The notes under the pieces are model-generated. The model searched no databases, was not told the DNA's origin, and worked only from the letters and a program-made list of their open reading frames with translations. A DNA stretch of 64,000 bases, from assembly GCA_963666055.2 (NCBI GenBank), contig CAXWPH010000015.1, forward strand, positions 1,216,001-1,280,000. Reading direction: 5' to 3'. Source of the stretch: Acidobacteriota bacterium (GTDB lineage Bacteria > Acidobacteriota > UBA890 > WLXD01). Below, one piece after another: positions 28,163 through 36,457 of the stretch (positions are counted from its first letter, which is position 1; every line of letters begins with the position of its first letter). Made by a program: the position numbers and the translations under genes.

Positions 28163-28905
28163 GCGATCCGAAGGAAAACCGAAGGGTGAAGAAGATCCTG
28201 ATCGTCGAGGACGAGCCTACGATTGCCGCCGCGCTTCAAGACGATCTGGAGCTCGAAGGGTATGAGGTCGAGGTCGCGCGCGACGGTGCAACGGGTGCGA
28301 CGCGAGCCCTGGCGCGCACGCACGACCTGATCCTCCTCGACGTGATGCTGCCACAGAAGGACGGTTTTTCGGTCTGTCGGGAGCTGCGGGCGGCGGGGCT
28401 TGGTACACCGATCATCATGTTGACCGCCAAGGGTCAGGAGGTCGACAAGGTGGTCGGGCTGGAGCTGGGTGCCGATGACTACGTGACCAAACCGTTCAGC
28501 CCGCGGGAACTGATGGCGAGGATCAAGGCGGTACTCCGCCGCGCCGACGGTTCCCACGAGTCAGAGCGGGTCCAGCAGCCCCTGCAAATCTGCGAGTTCG
28601 GCAATGTGAAGGTCGACTTCGGCCGCTGTCAGGCGTGGCGCGAGGGCAAGGAATTGGACTTGACGGCGATGGAGCTCAGGTTACTGGGGGCCTTTCTGGC
28701 CCGCCCGAGCCGCGTGCTGAGTCTCGACGAGCTGATCGAGCAGGCATGGGGCGCCGATGTTTTCCTGTCTGACCACGTCGTCTACACGCACATCAACAAC
28801 CTGCGCAGGAAGATCGAGGCCGACCCCTCCCATCCCCGCCATCTGATCACGGTGCGGGGCATGGGCTACCGATTCGATCCTGAACCAAACTTGAACTCAG
28901 CTTGA
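28159..28905 (+). CDS. OmpR-family response regulator
   Basis: ILIVEDE, LLDVMLP, GADDYVTKPF and ITVRGMGYRF. Confidence 0.93.
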   Translation: MSDPKENRRVKKILIVEDEPTIAAALQDDLELEGYEVEVARDGATGATRALARTHDLILLDVMLPQKDGFSVCRELRAAGLGTPIIMLTAKGQEVDKVVGLELGADDYVTKPFSPRELMARIKAVLRRADGSHESERVQQPLQICEFGNVKVDFGRCQAWREGKELDLTAMELRLLGAFLARPSRVLSLDELIEQAWGADVFLSDHVVYTHINNLRRKIEADPSHPRHLITVRGMGYRFDPEPNLNSA

Positions 28906-29010
28906 TGCACCGGGCCAGGAGCCCCCGCTATCGTGGCGACATGTCCCAACACCTTCAGGAGGACCGCTGCCATGATGAGAATCCGAATCGCCCTCACGCT
29001 GCTGGCCGCG
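28877..29010 (+). repeat. Duplicated promoter/RBS/signal-start block, copy 1
   Basis: 134 bp closely similar to 29421-29553; contains 11-bp-periodic CTGAAC / TTGAAC / TTGATG boxes. Confidence 0.9.
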
Positions 29011-29205
29011 TTTGTGGTTTCCGGCGTCGCAGCACAGCAGGTGCAGACCCCCGAGACGCTGCTGGGTGGGGCGCTCCACCAGGAGGAAGTGGAGGGGAAC
29101 CTCGAGGCAGCGATTGAAACCTACGAGATGATCCTCGCCGGACCCTCCATGAGCCGCTACGTCGCCAGCCGAGTTTTGCTGCACATCGGCTTCTGTTACG
29201 AGAAG
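28972..29205 (+). pseudogene. N-terminal fragment of an exported TPR-containing protein
   Basis: Signal peptide and ALHQEEVEGNLEAAIETY..LLHIGFCYEK, after which similarity collapses (the ORF runs on to 29427). Confidence 0.65.
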
Positions 29206-29420
29206 GCGTCTCGACAGCGATCCCTTCGATCTCTACGGCGACTGTGCTACGGAACCCCGCCGCCTCGAACCCTAGATCCAGACCGACAGCGCCGGCGTAC
29301 CGTTACCCGGATGGAGTTTGCGCGCCTGCTCGATGAGTTCGAGGGTGCGTTCCAGGCCGCCCATGAGAATGGCACCAAAAGCGTGAAGCCACCGGTAGTG
29401 ACACGACAAGGGATCAAACA

Positions 29421-29553
29421 ATCCTGAACCAAACTTGAACTCAGCTTGATCCGCCGGGCCAGGAGCCCCGCTATCGTGGCCACAGGTTCCAACACCTTCA
29501 GCAGGAACGTTGCCATGGTGAGAATCCGAATCGGCCTCACGCTGCTGGCCGCG
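29421..29553 (+). repeat. Duplicated promoter/RBS/signal-start block, copy 2
   Basis: 133 bp; the RBS CAGGAGGA has become CAGCAGGA. Confidence 0.9.
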
Positions 29554-31449
29554 ATGGGTTTCTTGAAACGCTGCACGCCAGGGAGCGCGTGGCTACTGGC
29601 GCCGCTCGCGTTGCTGATTCTTGTCGTCCCGGCGTTGGCCGCGGTTGGAAACAACAGCACCGTGGCGGGGAATGGGGCCGGAGGCTTTTCCGGGGACGGT
29701 GGTTTGGCCACATCGGCACGGCAGCAAAGCTGCCGGGGCCTTAACACAGCTCCGACGGTGAACCGAAGTGGAGACGTGGCGGTGATCGAGGATGACGGTA
29801 CCCTCTCGATCCCAGCCAACGACATCGACCTTGCCGGGCACGGCATCGACTTCAAGCGCCGCAAGGATGGCCTCCGGGCCACCATTAAGAGCTCCGTCTC
29901 AATCAAGAAGAGTCTGGGTTCGAAGCTCGACATGGGGCTTAGCACAAGCATCTTCGTGGAGTTCCCAGCGCGCTTCGAGTTCCCCTTCTTTGGCAACAAC
30001 TACGACGGTGTGTACGTCAACACGGACGGCAACCTGACCTTCACCCAGCCCGACACTGTCTCCCTGGACACAAACAGCGTGGCTCGGGTGCTCACCGGCC
30101 CGCCGCGAATCGCACCGCTGTTCTTCAAGCTCGATCCGAGCAAGGCGGAAGGCACCGCCGGCATCTACTCGAAGCTCACCGCCAAGAGTCTCCAGATCAC
30201 CTGGTTGAGGGTCCCGCAGTGGGGCTCCCTGCGGGACCGAACCAACATTTTGGGGTTCCCGGTACGCTCCAACGAGAACACCTTCCAAGTCACCTTGTTC
30301 AAAAACGGTCGAATCCTCATCGCCTACGGGGAGCTGGCCCTGCTGGATTCCAACTCGGGTAGTAACAACCTCCTGCACAGATCTGCGGTGGTCGGCGTGG
30401 CGCCCGGCGGTGGAAGCGAGCTGCAGTTGCTCGACTTCACCGCGGACCTACCGGTCGCAACGACTACCGGAGCGCTCCTGGAGCGCTTCAGCCAATTCCG
30501 AATACTGGACGATCAGGCGATCGCCCAGGCCTTTTACAGCCGCTTTGCGGATGTCTACGACCAGCTGATCGTCTGGCTAGATTTTCCCTTCGCCGGAGGG
30601 TTCTTCTTCCCGGCCTACGCGCTCATGCCCAGCAACGCGGTGCAAGGCATCGGTCGCGACCGCCATGACCTCTCGGCGGCCTACGGTAGCGATGGCAATC
30701 TGAGAAGTTACGCACAGATGGGGACGCTGGCCAACTACTCGCTCGATCCAGCGGAGAGCGTTACTGGTTTCATCACCAGCAACACCTGGGATGTGGTGGC
30801 ACACGCAGTAGGGCATCGCTGGCTGAGCTACGTGCGCTTCCGGGATGCGGAGGGTAACGCGAGTAACCTCCTCAGGAGAGTGGATGATGATCCGCTCTCT
30901 GCCGGCATCGGACCCGCGGCGATGAGCGTTGAGAGTCACTGGAACTCGCCCACGGTCGTCCAGGTTGGCACTGGCGTGCCGGTGTTTCTTGATTCGGATG
31001 CTTCGGTCATGGGTGGCTACGACCTACGCGACAACGGCAATGGTTTTTTCACCACGATCGCCACCACCGACCGCTACAGCCGTCTGGATCGATACCTCAT
31101 GGGTTTGATCCCGGCCCAACAGGTGGGCGACATTTCCCTGGTCACCGTAGTCTCGCGCACGGGCTTGACAGGGTTTCATACTAGCGACGGGCTCAATCTC
31201 ACCTTCGAGGGCAAACGGCTGGACCTCAGCGTCCACGACATCATCGCGATCGAGGGTGAGCGGGTGCCGAGTAGCAAGGACGCCCCAAAGCGTTTCAAGA
31301 TGGCCTTCATCGTCGTGGGCCGTGAGGGAGCGCCGCCCTCGAAGGCATCGATCGACAAGGTCAACACGATTCGCAAGGGCTGGGGACCCTATTTCCGTAA
31401 GGCCAGCGGGAATGGGACGGTCACGACGAATCTTGTCGAGAGAAACTAG
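29515..31449 (+). CDS. Mosaic exported protein: nidogen-like domain plus zincin-like domain with HAVGH
   Basis: Two successive hydrophobic leaders, one NHL-like repeat (STVAGNGAGGFSGDGGLATSA), FPFFG..VNTDGNLTF..RIAPLF..NTFQVTL, and AHAVGHRW..YSRLDRYLMGL. Confidence 0.65.
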   Translation: MVRIRIGLTLLAAMGFLKRCTPGSAWLLAPLALLILVVPALAAVGNNSTVAGNGAGGFSGDGGLATSARQQSCRGLNTAPTVNRSGDVAVIEDDGTLSIPANDIDLAGHGIDFKRRKDGLRATIKSSVSIKKSLGSKLDMGLSTSIFVEFPARFEFPFFGNNYDGVYVNTDGNLTFTQPDTVSLDTNSVARVLTGPPRIAPLFFKLDPSKAEGTAGIYSKLTAKSLQITWLRVPQWGSLRDRTNILGFPVRSNENTFQVTLFKNGRILIAYGELALLDSNSGSNNLLHRSAVVGVAPGGGSELQLLDFTADLPVATTTGALLERFSQFRILDDQAIAQAFYSRFADVYDQLIVWLDFPFAGGFFFPAYALMPSNAVQGIGRDRHDLSAAYGSDGNLRSYAQMGTLANYSLDPAESVTGFITSNTWDVVAHAVGHRWLSYVRFRDAEGNASNLLRRVDDDPLSAGIGPAAMSVESHWNSPTVVQVGTGVPVFLDSDASVMGGYDLRDNGNGFFTTIATTDRYSRLDRYLMGLIPAQQVGDISLVTVVSRTGLTGFHTSDGLNLTFEGKRLDLSVHDIIAIEGERVPSSKDAPKRFKMAFIVVGREGAPPSKASIDKVNTIRKGWGPYFRKASGNGTVTTNLVERN

Positions 31450-31931
31450 ACGTACCGGGGGAGGGTCTCGAACCCTCACTCCCTTGCGGAAACAGGAGTG
31501 ATGTCGAAGAAATGTGATCGCGCGCGACGATCGCTCTCTGGCCCCGTTTCGCTCGCTTCTGCGCCTCCATAGGAAAAAGGGATTGGCGGATCCCTGTGGT
31601 GCGAGCTCACACCAACACGGGAGGACCACGAGAAGTGCAATGACGGGATTGACACCGGCGGCGCCCGACCACTTCCGGTCGACCTGTCGCTTTCCTTAGT
31701 GAAGGCTGTTCGTGCTTGCCCCACTGCGGCGGGGTCACCGAACAGCTGGCTTCCGCCCCGGGTCGTTGCGGACTAGCTCGAGCTACCTGCGCTCAAATGA
31801 GCCCTTTTGGCGCGGTTTGTGGCATAAGAGATCAAATGAGGGACGCAGAAGCGTCCTGTTAACCTGCCCTGATGAAAACTTCGGGTAGTCCTCACGTTCG
31901 GCTCAGGCAACCGGGACCCAGGAGCCCCACA

Positions 31932-32024
31932 ATGATGATGCGCAGGCGCACGTTGCTGGCGACGCTGGTCCTTGTCGCTACCCTGGGCGTGACTTCGAGG
32001 ATGGCTCTGCCGTACGACCCATGA
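31932..32024 (+). other. 30-aa ORF consisting almost entirely of a signal peptide (gene relic or small peptide)
   Basis: AGGAG RBS, MMMRRRTLLATLVLVATLGVTSRMALPYDP*, ATGA-coupled to 32021. Confidence 0.45.
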
Positions 32025-33235
32025 GAATGAAACGTTCCCGTTTCCGCTGGCTGAAGCGAAATAGGGTCCCCGAGTCGCTCCTGCTGGTTCTGATCGCAGT
32101 CACGCCCGCGCTTGTGCTGGGACAAGCGTCGGCGCAAGAGCCGCAGATCCGCATCGTCACTCCGAGGACCGCTGACGACCCTGAGTCGGTGGGCCGCATC
32201 CAGGTGCTGGTCCGTGCCGGCGACGGCCCGGTTGTATCGGTTACGGCGTTTGTCGACGGGATACCGCTGGAACCACTCGCGGGGCCGCCGTACCGGTGGG
32301 ATATGCCTCCGCGGGCCGGTGACTCTACGATTAGCGTGCGGGTCACAGCTCGCGACGAGCACGGCCATCAAGCATCTGAAGAAGTGCTGGTTGGAGGAGC
32401 CAACGAAGTCCCGTTGTTCCACTCCGATAGCCAGGCCGTCACACTGAACATCGGTGTTTTCGACAGCTGGAAGCGACGGATTCTCGACTTGCAGCGGCAC
32501 GAGGTCATCGTTCGCGACAACGGCCGCCCCCAGGAGATTCTGGGGTTCGGGCGCGAGAACATTCCGCTCCGGGCTCTGGTGCTCCTCGATCACAGTGGCA
32601 GCATGGATGGCCGTATGGAGATGGCGCGTCAGGCGCTCGATCAGCTCCTGAGTAGGCTCGATGCCCGGGACCAGTTGAAGCTGGTGGCATTCAACGACCG
32701 CATCAACCAGATGGTCGATTTCACCCAAGACCGTGATGCGATCCGCGTCAGCGCAGCCTCTCTGGAGGCTGGTGGCGGCACGGCGCTTTACGACGCGATT
32801 CTGTTCGCGCTGCAGAGCTTCGAGACCGACACCTCATCGCCGACCCGGCCGGCCATGGTGATTCTCTCGGACGGTTGGGATCAAGACAGTGTCAACCCAA
32901 TGAGCCGCGTCATCGATCGGGTTCGAGAAGTGGGCGCTACGATCTTCGCAGTGGGGCACGGTGAGGCGCTCGAGAGCGACAAGCTGCGTGCCACACTGCG
33001 CGAGATTGCCCGTTCTACGGGGGGTGAGGCGTTCTTCGTGCCCCGCGCCGACCACCTTTCCCCGATCTTCGCGCAGATAGCCAGGCGCATGCGGGCCATG
33101 TACTTCGTTTCCTTCATATCCGACACTCGGTCGTCGGGGTGGCACGAGCTGACGGTCGAAGTGCCGGAGCGTCGTCGTTTGACGCTCCTTCACAAGCTGG
33201 GCTACGTCGCCGTGGGCGACGACGGGGGACGGTGA
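32021..33235 (+). CDS. Exported Ig-like + VWA domain protein
   Basis: Signal peptide, MIDAS motif LLDHSGSM, GGTALYDA and ILSDGWD. Confidence 0.88.
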   Translation: MRMKRSRFRWLKRNRVPESLLLVLIAVTPALVLGQASAQEPQIRIVTPRTADDPESVGRIQVLVRAGDGPVVSVTAFVDGIPLEPLAGPPYRWDMPPRAGDSTISVRVTARDEHGHQASEEVLVGGANEVPLFHSDSQAVTLNIGVFDSWKRRILDLQRHEVIVRDNGRPQEILGFGRENIPLRALVLLDHSGSMDGRMEMARQALDQLLSRLDARDQLKLVAFNDRINQMVDFTQDRDAIRVSAASLEAGGGTALYDAILFALQSFETDTSSPTRPAMVILSDGWDQDSVNPMSRVIDRVREVGATIFAVGHGEALESDKLRATLREIARSTGGEAFFVPRADHLSPIFAQIARRMRAMYFVSFISDTRSSGWHELTVEVPERRRLTLLHKLGYVAVGDDGGR

Positions 33236-36200
33236 AGTTGGGGAGCCGGCAGTTGTGGGTCCACGCCCTTGCTGCGCTGCTGGTCAGCGGGTTCCCGGCA
33301 CTGGACCTTTACGGTTCGGTTGCTCCCCAGGAGACGGTTGCCGCGCAGGAGGGCGTCGTTGTTCCTGGCGGTAAAGAATTCGCCCGCTCGTATCTCGGCA
33401 TGGTGGAGGGGCGTAGCAAGGACTTTCTTCACGAGCTTGCCGAGTACCTCCAGGAACCCGGCATGCGCACGCGTGCCTTGCGTCTGGACAAGGCGATCGA
33501 CGAGCTCCTTGATTACGAGAAGCTGCAGCAACAGCTCCGTGGCAAGCACGGTGCGGAGCCGCCGAGCTTCGCGCACCCGGATGCTTCTGCCTATGCCAAG
33601 GCTCGCGACCTGGTTGGTTGGTTCGGTGTTCGGCCCGTCGAACTTGACGGCCCTCTGAGCCTGGAGCTGCGTGGCGGCGACTCACAGAAGCTCAGGCGCG
33701 AGGTATTTGCTCACCTCGGCTACGACATCCCCGAGCTGATCGCGCTCTGGGCGAGCGGTGAGCCCATCCACATGCCCGTGCCGAAAGAGACGGCTGCCGT
33801 GATGTTCGGTGGCGGCGCCTGGAAGCAGGAGGTCTTCGACAAGCAGTTCACGCCCACAGAATTGTTCCGCGAGTTCCTGCGCGACAACGAAGCGCGCTGG
33901 GTGATGCTCGGCTACGTACGACTCGACCCCGACACTCGCGATCTGTTGCGGGCGACGATGGGGCTGCGTGAGCCGTATCGGGACCGCCGCTTGAGCAGCG
34001 TGTTCGCCGAGCTGGCCCACTACCTCCGAAGTCATGACGGCGCGCTCGTGCTGCCGGGCGAATCGCGCCTCGCCTGGACGAAGATACTGGGCTCCTGGAA
34101 CTCGCCCTCGGATCTCGTGCGACGGCTCGTGGATCGCGACGACGGACGCGCACTCCACCTGTGGCGGGCGCTTTCCCTGGTGCCACCACGCCGGGCCCGC
34201 TTCCTGCTGACACACGGTGCCACCGACCGGGAGAGCATCGAGCGGTGGGCGAGCGATCTCTACGGCAGCATCCGCATCCCCGGTCGCCAGCAGGCGCTGC
34301 GCTGGCGGGGTGACCTGGCCGACCTGTTCCTGCAGCTGCGCCTCCGTCCCGACGGCGAAGGCATCAGCTGGCTCGGCGGCGGCAAGGCATGGATCGCGGC
34401 ACTCCGGAGCGACCGCGTGGTGAGTGACCGCGCCGCCCTGGACAAGGAGCTGCGCGACGAGCGGGTTCGAGAGGCGGCGGATCACGGTGCTGCCGTCGAT
34501 GCCGAGATCTTGCGACGACTCGTCCAGGGGTTCGAGGGCTCCGAGCTTCAGCAAGGTACCCACGCGATCGAGCGGTTTGTCGCCATTCAGGCGGCCTTTC
34601 GGTACCAGCCTGCGGCCGCCACGCCCAGGACGGTCACCCTGTTGTATCGAAACTACGATCGCTTGGCGCAAGCCTACGGGTTTCTTGTCGGCCCCACTCC
34701 CATCCATGCCGATAGCGTCGAACGCCTGATCTACTTTCTGGGGCGTGCGGCAAGCCCGCACGACGATAAGCAACGGGAAGCCGCGGCAAGGCAGGCGCAG
34801 GCGACGCTGCTCATCCTCAAACGACTCCTGGATAACGGCCGGGTGCCCGCGGAGCAACGCCACGAGGTGCTCGGGCAGCTTTTGGATCTGCCGCTCGATC
34901 AAGAAGCCGGAGGCTTCGGCCGCGGCCTCGCCGACTGGTGGCGGCAGACACTCCTCCCTGCCATCGGCCACCAGGGCAACTTCGCCGACGCCGAGAGCCT
35001 CAGCCAGAGTCTGGTCGCAGCCCTGGCGGACCGGGCACCGGCAGCTGAAGTGACGGTCGACGGCATCCAACTCCGCTTCTCCACCGGCGACATGTGGGTC
35101 TCACGCATTCATGACAGCCTCCAGATGCAGCGGTTGGCACCGTTCGGCCACGTACTCGAGCTCGATGCGATAGCCGCCGAATACGGGGACAAGTCGAGCG
35201 CCGAGCTGGGGCAGCTGGGCAACGAGATCGAGGCACGGGTACGTCCCGTCTGGAACGCGCTGCGGGATTCCGTCGCCACGGCGATCTATGAGGGCGACGG
35301 CGATGACGAGGTCCCTCTGCCGCTCAAGCGCCAGGATCTCCCGGACCAGGTGGGGCGCCTACTGCGCGATGCCGGCAGGAACGAGAACCGTCCCGAGGAC
35401 TTCGCGGACGTCCGCAAGCACCTCACGAGCTGGTTCACCGACTCCCTGGTGGCGGTTGCCTACGCGATTCATATCAACGATCCGAGGGGGCTCTACTTTG
35501 ACGATCGCCAGCCCGCCTGGCTGCATCGACTCGGTCCTCTCCAGGAGTCGCCTAGAGACACCGGGCCGTGGCTGCACACGCGGGAGGTGCGCGACCAAGC
35601 ATCAGGTCTGCAGCTGCAGAACAGCTTGCTGGGCGTACCCGGTCACCTTGGCCACTGGGCGCTGCGCATGCAGACACTGCAAAGCGGGGTCAGCTTCGCG
35701 GCGGGGTCGGCGGCGGAGTCATGGAGTGAAGCGGTGTTCGCCGTCCATCCCGCCGCGCTGAGTGCTCCGTCGCTGCAGGCTCTGACGGCACGGCTAGATC
35801 GCGCCGCCGAATGGGTGGAGGCCGCCGCGGCGGTCTCCGATCCGGCGCTCCCTGCACCCTGGCTCGAGTCGGCGCATGCCGTGTCCACGCTGGAGGGGAT
35901 GTTGAACCTGTTGCACCGTCCGGCGGACGCTTGGCGGTTGCGCCAGGACATCGCGGCGGGCGATGCCCAGTCTGCCTTGGAGCGCATGACGCCAGGCGAT
36001 CGCTACCTGCTCGTCTGGGGGGCGGAAGATCTCGCGCACGCGATCGATCCAGCGCCGCGCTGGGAAGCGGACAACCTGGTGGGATTACCCTACTGGCGCG
36101 GCGCCGGAACTCTCGGTCTGACCCACCCGAGCTTGGTCCCGAAAGGTGAAGCCGCCAATGCGGTCACCGATGGTCTGCTGTACGCGCGCGTGCTCGGGAT

Positions 36201-36435
36201 TCGAGTCGAGCTGGCGCGGGGCCTCGCCGAAAATGGCTACCCCGCCGCTCTGGCAGCGCCATTGCTACTTCCTGCCATGGGCGCGGCGCTCCAGGCCATC
36301 GATCCGGACACTGCAACCGTCTGGGACGAGATCGCCATCGCGGTGCCCAATGTGGTGACTCCCGAAGCGGTTCGCAACTGGGTTCTGGAGCTCGCCTTCA
36401 ACGAAGACCTCACACCCGCGAGGATACCCTTCTAG
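33232..36435 (+). CDS. Large exported hypothetical protein (~1067 aa, helical)
   Basis: GTGA overlap with the VWA gene, signal-like N-terminus, long open frame; no motif recognised. Confidence 0.75.
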   Translation: MKLGSRQLWVHALAALLVSGFPALDLYGSVAPQETVAAQEGVVVPGGKEFARSYLGMVEGRSKDFLHELAEYLQEPGMRTRALRLDKAIDELLDYEKLQQQLRGKHGAEPPSFAHPDASAYAKARDLVGWFGVRPVELDGPLSLELRGGDSQKLRREVFAHLGYDIPELIALWASGEPIHMPVPKETAAVMFGGGAWKQEVFDKQFTPTELFREFLRDNEARWVMLGYVRLDPDTRDLLRATMGLREPYRDRRLSSVFAELAHYLRSHDGALVLPGESRLAWTKILGSWNSPSDLVRRLVDRDDGRALHLWRALSLVPPRRARFLLTHGATDRESIERWASDLYGSIRIPGRQQALRWRGDLADLFLQLRLRPDGEGISWLGGGKAWIAALRSDRVVSDRAALDKELRDERVREAADHGAAVDAEILRRLVQGFEGSELQQGTHAIERFVAIQAAFRYQPAAATPRTVTLLYRNYDRLAQAYGFLVGPTPIHADSVERLIYFLGRAASPHDDKQREAAARQAQATLLILKRLLDNGRVPAEQRHEVLGQLLDLPLDQEAGGFGRGLADWWRQTLLPAIGHQGNFADAESLSQSLVAALADRAPAAEVTVDGIQLRFSTGDMWVSRIHDSLQMQRLAPFGHVLELDAIAAEYGDKSSAELGQLGNEIEARVRPVWNALRDSVATAIYEGDGDDEVPLPLKRQDLPDQVGRLLRDAGRNENRPEDFADVRKHLTSWFTDSLVAVAYAIHINDPRGLYFDDRQPAWLHRLGPLQESPRDTGPWLHTREVRDQASGLQLQNSLLGVPGHLGHWALRMQTLQSGVSFAAGSAAESWSEAVFAVHPAALSAPSLQALTARLDRAAEWVEAAAAVSDPALPAPWLESAHAVSTLEGMLNLLHRPADAWRLRQDIAAGDAQSALERMTPGDRYLLVWGAEDLAHAIDPAPRWEADNLVGLPYWRGAGTLGLTHPSLVPKGEAANAVTDGLLYARVLGIRVELARGLAENGYPAALAAPLLLPAMGAALQAIDPDTATVWDEIAIAVPNVVTPEAVRNWVLELAFNEDLTPARIPF

Positions 36436-36457
36436 CATGTCCTCCACGGCCTGCTAG
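36432..36457. mobile_element. Collapsed MITE footprint between convergent stop codons
   Basis: CTAGCA-TGTCCT-CCACGGCCTGCTAG. The last 14 nt equal the right end of copies 2 and 3, and each CTAG supplies the TAG stop of one flanking gene. Confidence 0.6.

Noticed and set aside
31792-31840. TCAAATGAG twice and a TGGCGC box as a sigma-54 promoter
   Set aside because: The GG-to-GC spacing does not fit -24/-12, and the repeat is too short to support alone.
31864-31890. CTGATGA in a small hairpin as a hammerhead ribozyme core
   Set aside because: No stem II followed by GAAA, and no three-stem arrangement found.
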